A stretch of 63,756 nt of DNA, filler included, from Hyphochytrium catenoides (taxonomy: Eukaryota > Protista > Hyphochytriomycota), in assembly GCA_900088475.1 (NCBI GenBank). It is 11 parts of 11 records of this genome, joined end to end, with 100 filler letters (N's around TTAATTAATTAA, not from the genome) between each part and the next. Parts side by side here need not be neighbours in the genome. Positions count along the whole stretch, not along the records: positions 39,194 to 57,547 come from FLMG01001235.1; positions 57,648 to 58,720 come from FLMG01000698.1; positions 58,821 to 60,132 come from FLMG01000597.1; positions 60,233 to 61,679 come from FLMG01003543.1; positions 61,780 to 63,756 come from FLMG01004272.1; 6 more parts are not named here. One strand, given 5' to 3'. The notes under the pieces are model-generated. The model had not been told where the DNA came from and did not search any database. It saw nothing but the letters and a program-made list of their open reading frames with translations. Made by a program: the position numbers and the translations under genes. Every line of letters begins with the position of its first letter. The first letter of the stretch is position 1. This document shows positions 55,756 through 63,756 of this stretch, one piece after another.

Positions 55756-55923
55756 ACGCAAGAGAGGAGAGAGAGAGTGAAAGGCGGTCGATGCCGAATG
55801 GGCTGGTGCGGGGTGACGGAAAGCAAGAAAGCAATCAAAAGGTAGAGGAAGATAGCAGAGAGAGAGAGAGAGAGATGCGGAGGAAATGGCAGGATCGGTG
55901 ATAGGCAGGGACGTGTCCCCACG

Positions 55924-57100
55924 ATGAGACGAGCAGTTGGCGCCCCAGAAAACACGCTGTTCGTGCCGCCAGACTGGTAACCCTCATTCTCTTCCTCTCT
56001 CTCTCTCTTTCCTTCTCTTTCTGTCTCCATCTCTCATTCCTCCCTCCCTCTCCATCCCTCTCTCTCTCTCTCTCTCTCTCTTGTTCTCTCTCACTCTCTC
56101 TCTCCCTCCTGTTGTCTCTGTTTCTCTCTCTCTCTCCCTCTCTCTCTCCCTCACTTCCTCCCCTCGTTCCAAAACTTCTTCTCGTGCACGGATAGGTCTC
56201 AGCGTCTCTGTCTTCCTTTCTCAAGTCTTTTTCTAGTTTCCTTTGTTCGCTCCTCTGCGCTTTTCTCTCTACTTCTTCTTTCATATCCATTCCGCCACAT
56301 CTCTCTCTCGCTCCCTCCTTCTCTCTCACTCTTCTCCCGCTCTCTTTCTCTCTCTCTTTCTCTTTACTCTCTCTCTGTCTCTCTCTCTTTTCTTTCTCTC
56401 TCTCTCTCTCGTCTCTCTCTCACTCAGGCTCTCTCTCTCTCTTCTCTTCCCCCGCTTCCAAGGGCAGTGCAGCCCTCTCTCACCCAGCGGAATGCCGTTC
56501 TAAGGGTAGAGAGAGAAGGCAGACACGTGGACTCTCTCCCCATCGGAACCAGCAAGTTCTATCGGCTGGGGAGAGAGCCGACTCTCTGCGATTATGCTCT
56601 TCCTCACTCTTCTATCTCCAGAGTCCACGCCTGCCTCGTGCATGGACCAGGAGGAGCTGTCTATGTAGGCTCCCTCTCTCCCTCTCTCGTTTTCTTTCTT
56701 TTTCTCTCTCTTTCTTTTTCTCTCTCTCGTCCTCTCTTTTTCTTTGTTTTCCTTTGTCTTTGCTCTCTCTCTCTCTCTTTCTCTCACTCCCATTCCCCTC
56801 TCATTCTATCTCTTTCCTTGTATCTCTCATTCTTTCTTTCTCTCTCTCTCTCTCCTCTCTTGAGTGTCTCTCTTCATGGGCTTTATACCAATTTCTCGTC
56901 CGCTATTATCTCCCTTTCAGTCCTGTGTTGGTTCCTCCGATTTATTTCTCTTCTCTTGGTCTCTCTCTCTCTCTCTCCCTTTTCTTCTTTGTCGCAAGGT
57001 CATCTCTCTCTCTTGTTGGAATGTACTCGAAAGATCCTTGCACCTCCGATTGCTGTTGGCTCTAAGGCTAAACTCACATTCCTCTCTTTCTCTCTCTCTT

Positions 57101-57131
<31 letters not shown>

Positions 57132-57242
57132 TCTCTCTCTCTCTGTCTCTCTCTCTCAACCAGATTATAGATCTTGGCTCCAGCCACGGTACAATAGTTA
57201 GAGGATCACGGATAGCACCCTGGGAGTACCATCTGCTGCAGG
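55924..57242 (+). CDS. FHA-domain protein, NIPP1/PPP1R8- or kanadaptin-like, 3'-truncated
   Basis: Exons LFVPPDW / AVQP...LRVEREG...FYRLGREPTLCDYALPHSSISRVHACLVH / IIDLGSSHGT give the FHA GR, SxxH and GT motifs, plus the upstream PxW typical of NIPP1. Confidence 0.8.
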
Positions 57243-57547
57243 GTAAGTGAGAGAGAGAGAGAGACAGAAAGGGAAAGAGTGGGAAAAGCGAGTGAGAGAA
57301 AGAGAGAGAGCGAAAGAGAGAGAGCGAGAGAAAAAGAGAGAGCAATATGAAGTGTGAGCAGAGAGAAGGAGCAGCGGGAGGCTTACTCTCCTCTTCCTTT
57401 CCTCCTCTATCCTTCGAACATGGGCGCTCTGGTACTAAACCTATCCTTGTGCTCTGCCCCTCTTCCCCCCTCTCTCTTCCCTCTTCTCTCTCTTTCTCTC
57501 TCTCTTTTTCTCTCTTCCCCTCTCCTCTTCTCTCTCTCTCTCTCTCT

Positions 57548-57647
57548 NNNNNNNNNNNNNNNNNNNNNNNNNNNNNNNNNNNNNNNNNNNNTTAATTAAT
57601 TAANNNNNNNNNNNNNNNNNNNNNNNNNNNNNNNNNNNNNNNNNNNN
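57548..57647. other. Artificial contig-joining spacer
   Basis: N44-TTAATTAATTAA-N44. Confidence 0.97.
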
Positions 57648-57982
57648 CCTCGGGGTTTAATGCTACATGGATGGTCTATAGAGGGGAAGGAGGAGAGTGT
57701 GTCAGATAAGGAAGAGACCTGTAGGAGTGCTAACACTCGAATCGGAGACTTAAGCATGCTGCGAAGAGACTGCCAGGGCCAACTTCGTCATCCGGAGACA
57801 AAGGCGCAGACAATATTCTGAGGGTGCCGAGCAAGGTTATCCACCGTCTTTGGTCTTACCACTGCATCTTCTTCAGGGTAGACTAAACCCCACAATACGG
57901 AGAACAAGTCCTGCCGCCGCTTCAGCTGCAGAAAGCTACACGTCAAGACCAAGAAAGTCACCGCCGACGAAGAGGGAAGTCT

Positions 57983-58389
57983 CTATCTATAACTCCTCCC
58001 ATCTTCGTTCCAGAGGGAATATGAAACAATCCGATACTCATACTCTGTGCCCCTCCGCTCATGTTCAACTGACTGGGTGAGAGTCGAAATGTGCCCTCCA
58101 ACCTCCCGCTTACAAGCCTTAGGTGTACATATTGTGCTTTCAGGGATTCTTATACATACGGCGGCTGGCACTACTCCTTCACGTGGCAATGGGCTCATTT
58201 AGGAGTCCGTGTTTCCCTTGTCTATCTCTTCTTAGTATCAGTACCTCTATGCTGGCCACCATTGCCTGGCAATGTCTCCGTCCTGAAGCAAAGACAAGGA
58301 AGTTGCTGTGCGATTCCTTCAGAACCTTGAAGTCCGTAACTCCCACTCTGTCGAACTGCTGCTCCAGCAAGGGCAAGGCAGTCGCTGTC
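57983..58389 (-). CDS. Last two exons (58245-58389, 57983-58072) of an unidentified gene; weak resemblance to a PARN-type RRM
   Basis: An in-frame GT-AG join gives LLEQQFDRVGVTDFKVLKESHSNFLVFASGRRHCQAMVASIE/SVEHERRGTEYEYRIVSYSLWNEDGRSYR*. Confidence 0.35.
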
Positions 58390-58720
58390 CTGCAGTCAAA
58401 AGATGACGTCTTTAGTCTGTGCTCTTACCCTTCCTAGGTTGCCGTGCACCATTCTTCTTCTCTGTACAACAAACTTCCTTGCTCTCTGGCCATCAACCTT
58501 AGAGTCCCATGTCTCTGGCAATGGCTTCCCTATCTGGCGTTTAAGACAACTTTCCTTCCTTTTGCCATCCTATCTTTCCTGGTCACCGTTCCCTTCCTCT
58601 GGCACAGGTGGAAGTATTTCTCGCAGTCTTATACTTGAGGGGGAACCCTTGCCTCCTGATTCTCTGTCTCTTCTATCCTCACCATTGGTCTACTATCTTC
58701 TGGTTAACAGCTTTGCCCCT

Positions 58721-58820
58721 NNNNNNNNNNNNNNNNNNNNNNNNNNNNNNNNNNNNNNNNNNNNTTAATTAATTAANNNNNNNNNNNNNNNNNNNNNNNN
58801 NNNNNNNNNNNNNNNNNNNN
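58721..58820. other. Artificial contig-joining spacer
   Basis: N44-TTAATTAATTAA-N44. Confidence 0.97.
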
Positions 58821-59770
58821 CCTCTTTATAAAATAGCGTGCATAAGAGCTGATGGCAGCGATAACGAGGAGCGAGCGAGCAGCACAAATAAAGCACCCAA
58901 TCGACCCTGTCTGTGGTAAACTGTGCGGCGTCTTCTGCACTATCATCATCAGTCACTGAGTAGCGGGACGAGGTTACATGCGTTTATACAGTCATAAAGG
59001 CCTAACCCTTCATCACTTTCAGTACACTCATTCCAAATAGACACTAAGTGATTATCGATTATCACAGGCGTTACAGAGCCATCATGCTGGTTTGGGTGGA
59101 CCTTTCGGCGGCAAACATCAGAACACCGACTCCCTCCTCTAGGTCCACAGATATAGCCGTTAGCAGCTGAGAGTAGTGGATAGAGAGGCAGGAGAGAGGG
59201 AGACAGGGAGCGGGAAGAGAAAGATGATGACTCCTGCCAATCGCGATGTCAACTGTGCATTCTTGTTTGTCTCTCCTTCTCTTCGCTACAAGGATACCTT
59301 AGCAGCAATCAAGATGAGGCCAGAGAGTACCATCAAGTGGAGGCATTCAGCATCCCTGTTTCTGGTTGAGCTCCTCCCCCCAGAATGATGGCCGGAAGTC
59401 AGAGCTCTTATCTTGTTCCTTCAAGACAGAAGAAGAGGAGGTTGATGACGACAGGAGGAAAGAAGCATGTCGACGACTGATAGTACCCATAAGAGACCAT
59501 CACTCGTGTTCGCCCAATGCCTGCTGTTTTAGTGCCTGTTCTTCCTAGGTTGATGATCCTTCCTCACCTCCTCCTCCTTGCCTGCGGGAATGAGATGCTC
59601 TCTTAGCATTCGACACAGTTCATTTGCCTCACCCTCTGTCTCTTTCTGAGTGTCGCGTTCTGTTAGCTGATGAACCTCACTTCTTAAGTTACCAGCCAAC
59701 CATTAACGAGCACACCAACAACCAAGCCCAACAACAGCAGCTTCTACCATCCGCAACAATTAAGGCAAAG

Positions 59771-60132
59771 ATGGTTTTCACCCAGATCAGTATCATTTGC
59801 ATTCCAGTTTCTGACCTTGATCGCGCCATACAGTTCTACGAACGGGCCTTGGGTATGAAAGTCACTGACGATGTCACCTTCAAAATTTCCTGCCCGGAAG
59901 CTCCTCCAGAGATGCAGGGCAAGGAGGCCCGATGGGTTGAGCTCGCCCCTTCCTCCAGCACTGGTGAACAATACGCTAGAGTGGGACTGTCTAACGTTCC
60001 ATCTCGCGGAGGCTTGTTGCCTGGAAAGCTTGTCGACGTTGTCTTTTTTGGATCTGATGACTTGGAGGCGGACTATGGCAAACTAAAGGAAAAAGGTTAC
60101 CAAGTCGCCAAGCCTCAGACGATGCCTGGGGG
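59771..60132 (+). CDS. VOC/glyoxalase/bleomycin-resistance family protein, 3'-truncated
   Basis: IPVSDLDRAIQFYERALGM, RWVELAP and FGSDDLEADYGKLKEKGYQV..PQTMP are hallmark VOC segments. Confidence 0.88.
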
Positions 60133-60232
60133 NNNNNNNNNNNNNNNNNNNNNNNNNNNNNNNNNNNNNNNNNNNNTTAATTAATTAANNNNNNNNNNNN
60201 NNNNNNNNNNNNNNNNNNNNNNNNNNNNNNNN
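60133..60232. other. Artificial contig-joining spacer
   Basis: N44-TTAATTAATTAA-N44. Confidence 0.97.
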
Positions 60233-60253
60233 AAGAGAGGAGAAAGAACTTAC

Positions 60254-60483
60254 CGGTGGCGACTGTCTGGCTGCTCCTCCTGTTCCTAGCTCAGAGTCCA
60301 GTCTGCTAGACCCGGCCGTCCGTGGCCGCTCCGATTCCGCTGGGGCAGAAGAGATCTCTCCTTCTTCTCCAGCTCTCTCCTGACTCTTCGCGTGCTTATC
60401 ATACTTTTCTATCAGCCTCAAGATAGAAGCAGAGTTAGTGAAGTAGATCTGCTCCGAGTTTGAGTCCTGAGAAGAGAGAGAAG

Positions 60484-60523
<40 letters not shown>

Positions 60524-61679
60524 AATATGAGAGATAGAAAAAAAGAGGAAGAGAGAGAGGAAAGATGATTAGTTGCGTGGATATGGCTGGAAAGAGAAAG
60601 AGAGAGGTAAAAGAGGCCGGTGGTAAGAGAAAGAGGGGACATAGACTGAGAGAGGGCGCGGGGGCAACAGGAAACCGGAGAGATGGATAGAAAAGTCGTA
60701 GAGAGGAATACAAAGAAAGAGAGAGAGAGAAGCAGAGAGAGGAAGATTGGTTTTGAGTTACGGAGGTGCTGACTATCAAGAGACAGAGTTGCACACTCAG
60801 AAAGGCCTCCTAACTCCTCCCTCATTTTTCTTTTTTGCTCTCTAACTCACTCTCTCTGTCTCTCTTACTCCCTCTCTCTGTCTGTCTGTCTCTCTCTCTC
60901 TCACTCGCTTACCACAGACGCCACGGCCCCTGTTGCTTTCTTTATCTCTCCGCAGAAGATCCTCCTCCCGTCGAGGAGAAGATTGACAGCTCTGGCGCCT
61001 CTGTGCGCGTGGATGCGGCTCTTGTTATAGTTCCAGATGCGAATCATAGAGAGACGCGTGTCCTGGTCGAAGGTCAGATACACATAGTTCGCCTTCCCTG
61101 GGGGAGACAGAGAGACATGAGAGAGAGAGAGAGACAGAGAGAGTGGAGAGAGAGGCAGTGCAGAGCACGAAGAAGAGATAGACCAAAGATAGAGGCGAGG
61201 GAGACGGAGAAGAGAGAGAGGAAGGGAGAGATAAAGAGAGAGTGAGGAGAGCGACAGAGGGAAAAAGAGAGGGAAGGGAGAGAGAGAGAAAGAAAGAAAG
61301 AGAGAGAGAGAGACAGGATAGAAAATTGAGGGTTAGATCCGTTCCCAATATCTCAGACTGCAAGATAGAAAGGAGGCTGAGGAGTAACTTGAGGACAATG
61401 AGTCGGAGAGAGGACTGCAAAATGAGACTCTAATTCCTCAATAAACGCTTCCAATTTCTACATTTCATTCTTTCTCTCTCTTTTTCTCTCTCTCTCTCTC
61501 TCTCTGTAGTGTGCGCCTGTCTCTTTACCGGCTATTACCTTCTGCAAATGGCGCCAACCAGGCGTGAAGGTCATCGCAGGTATTATTCACTCCGTCGACA
61601 AGGTTGGAGACAACTCTCGGGTCGCTTCCATACTCAGGAAGGACGTTGATGTCCGGAGGATCAGCACTGATCTGACGCT
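60254..61679 (-). CDS. KATNIP: KATNIP/KIAA0556 (DUF4457) internal fragment; exons ~61539-61679, 60912-61098, 60254-60467
   Basis: ADPPDINVLPEYGSDPRVVSNLVDGVNNTCDDLHAWLAPF, MIRIWNYNKSRIHAHRGAR...IFCGEIKKATG and EQIYFTN...ERPRTA match KATNIP signatures. Confidence 0.92.
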
Positions 61680-61779
61680 NNNNNNNNNNNNNNNNNNNNN
61701 NNNNNNNNNNNNNNNNNNNNNNNTTAATTAATTAANNNNNNNNNNNNNNNNNNNNNNNNNNNNNNNNNNNNNNNNNNNN
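61680..61779. other. Artificial contig-joining spacer
   Basis: N44-TTAATTAATTAA-N44. Confidence 0.97.
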
Positions 61780-61886
61780 CTCTCTCTCTCTCTCTCTCTC
61801 TCTCATCTCTCTGTTTCTCTCTCTCTCTCTGTCTCTCGCTTCCTCTCTCCTTCTAATTCCGTCTTGTTGTTATCCTTCTTTGCTAG

Positions 61887-62586
61887 CATTTTTGATGCGT
61901 TCTCAGCGTCTTTCTTTCCTGCAGGCGTATGAGCTGTTGCACTCGGCGAGACCCTGTCTTCATATCAACAAAGGATTTGTTGAGCAGCTCCGGGTGTGGC
62001 GCCTTTACTCTCTCTGTCTTGCGCTCTCTTTCTTCTTTTTCCTTATGGCTTGGTCTCACGCAGTGTCTCTTTCTTTGATTTCTCTCTCTTTCGCCTCAGT
62101 CGACGTCTCTATCGTCTATCGCGATGCGAACCCCTTCTTAGACGGATGATTCCCTTCCTCTCTTATTGCTCTCTGCCTCCTCTTTCTTCCTCTCTCTTTC
62201 TTCTTCTCTCCCTCTCTCTCTCTCTCTCTCTCGTTCCCTTCCGCGGGCTCTCTTTCCTTCTCTCTCTCTTCTTGTTCTTCCACGCCTTTTCCCTTCCACA
62301 ATGCCGTCTGTGACGCTCTTCTCTGTCTCCCTCCCAGCTGTTTGAGTCTATGGGCTGTAATATCTCGGGTGATTCTCCTGCCCACGCAAGATTTCGCCTT
62401 CTTCAGCTCCTTAGCGCTCGGGGAGACACTGGAAAGATTCCTCTCGCCGTTTCTACTCTTTCTCTCCCTTCTGTCTCTCCCTATCCGACTGTTCTCTCCT
62501 GCTCTCTCTCTTTCTCTTCTCCTTTGCGGTCCCTGGCGTATCACTGTGGAAAATGCCGCTTCCTTCTCTTTCATGGATGCCGCGTG
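61887..62586 (+). CDS. Dual-specificity phosphatase DUSP12/YVH1-like internal fragment (exons ~61887-61993, 62338-62586)
   Basis: AFLM...AYELLHSARPCLHINKGFVEQLR/LFESMG corresponds to the DSP C-terminal AYLM..RP...NxGF..QL. It is followed by YHCGKCRFLLF, the start of the YVH1 zinc-binding domain. Confidence 0.8.
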
Positions 62587-62773
62587 GTGAGGAAAAGAAA
62601 TCCAGCCTAGGAGAAAGGAGAGAGAGAGAGAGAGAGATGCGACTTACATTCGCCCATTTTCCACCATGCGCTATATTCTTCCAATACCGAGCCAACTCGT
62701 TTGTTGAGTTTCTGCTGCCCTTCTGTAGTGTTTTACGCCCGTTTTTTCTCTCTCTCTCAAACTCTCTCTCTTT

Positions 62774-62824
<51 letters not shown>

Positions 62825-63520
62825 CTCTCTCTCTCTCTCTGCGTGTCTCTCTCCCTCTTTCAATTTCTCTCTCTTTTTCTCTCTCTCTTTCGTTCTCTCT
62901 CTATTTCCCTTTCCCCCTTCTCTTCTCTTGCTTCTCGTGCTTCGCCGATAGAAGATTCCAGAACGCCTAATCACTTGACATCTCTCTCCCTGGACTCTCT
63001 TCTCTCCTTTGGAAAACTGGAAGGTGGAACACAGCGCATTAGCGTGTCAAGAGGAGAGAGAGCGGAACCCAACAAAGACACAGAGAAATGGAGAGAAAGG
63101 GAAGAAGAGAGGACGGAGAGAAGCTGCGAAGGGAGAAGCCAATCGAGCGCCAGGTGGGCAGACAGAGAGAAAAGAAGCAGGATGAGAGTGAAGAGAGATG
63201 CCATCAGATGTCGAGGGAGAGACGCAATAGGCCAACCAGGGGGCAGTCGAGGAGCGAAGTACAAGGGCGAGAAAGGGAAGAAGACAAACAAAGAGAGAGA
63301 GAGAGAGAGAGAGACAGCAGAAAGGGAGAGACAGACACACAGGCAGAGAGACAGACAGAGAGAGATACAGAGAGAGGGACAGAGAGAGAGACGGGAGGAG
63401 AGAGAGAGAGAGGAAGAGAGAGAGAGAGAGAGAGAGACAGAGAGGAAAAGAGACAGAGAGGAAAAGAAAGAGAGAGGACAAGAGAGAGGAAAGAGAGATA
63501 GAGAGAGAGAGAGAGAGAAA

Positions 63521-63551
<31 letters not shown>

Positions 63552-63756
63552 CAGAGAAAGACAGAGAAAGACAGAGAAAGACAGAGAAAGTAACGCTAAC
63601 AAAGGCAAAGAAGGTTACGGAAGAGAGAAAGAGCAACTGAGGCAGATCAAACATTCTTTTAGAGCTGGAGCTCCGGGTCTTCTTCTCTGTTGGTCTTACC
63701 TCGTCCGGTTAGCGCTTTCTTCCGTAACATTCCTGGTCGCTACCTCTCTCTCTCTC

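Noticed and set aside
37905-61679. Tubulin/cilium gene cluster (TBCE, CCP, KATNIP)
   Set aside because: The genes are on different contigs separated by artificial spacers.
63594-63728. Pseudoknot-like pairs CGCTAAC/GTTAGCG and GTTACGGAAGA/TCTTCCGTAAC
   Set aside because: Short stems, a single instance, in a low-complexity context.

Overview
This is eukaryotic genomic DNA, not prokaryotic. It is a concatenation of 11 contigs/scaffolds joined by ten artificial 100-nt spacers (N44-TTAATTAATTAA-N44), so adjacency across spacers is not biological. The SAHH sequence looks stramenopile-like, and KATNIP and CCP1 suggest a flagellated protist. Genes read from spliced GT-AG exons: adenosylhomocysteinase (intronless), PKA regulatory subunit (partial), nibrin/NBS1-like, GPAT/PlsB acyltransferase, STE20/MST kinase with a SARAH-like tail, SMPD4-like protein, an S8 subtilisin broken by three frameshifts, the TBCE C-terminus, cytosolic carboxypeptidase CCP1/AGTPBP1-like, a DUF1295 protein, a NIPP1-like FHA protein, a bacterial-type VOC/glyoxalase, and KATNIP and DUSP12/YVH1 fragments. 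A TE-rich block (31.1-37.5 kb) holds a decayed Ty1/Copia element with nested LTRs. It also holds the most unusual object in the window: a 584-bp terminal-inverted-repeat element enclosing a Pol III-style tRNA-like unit with an expanded D-loop and an 8-nt anticodon loop. Many introns are filled with (CT)n microsatellite polarised to the sense strand, and a few have a GA-rich 5' half with a CT-rich 3' half. Most short ORFs in the ORF track are microsatellite artefacts. All family calls come from recalled motifs; no database search was run.
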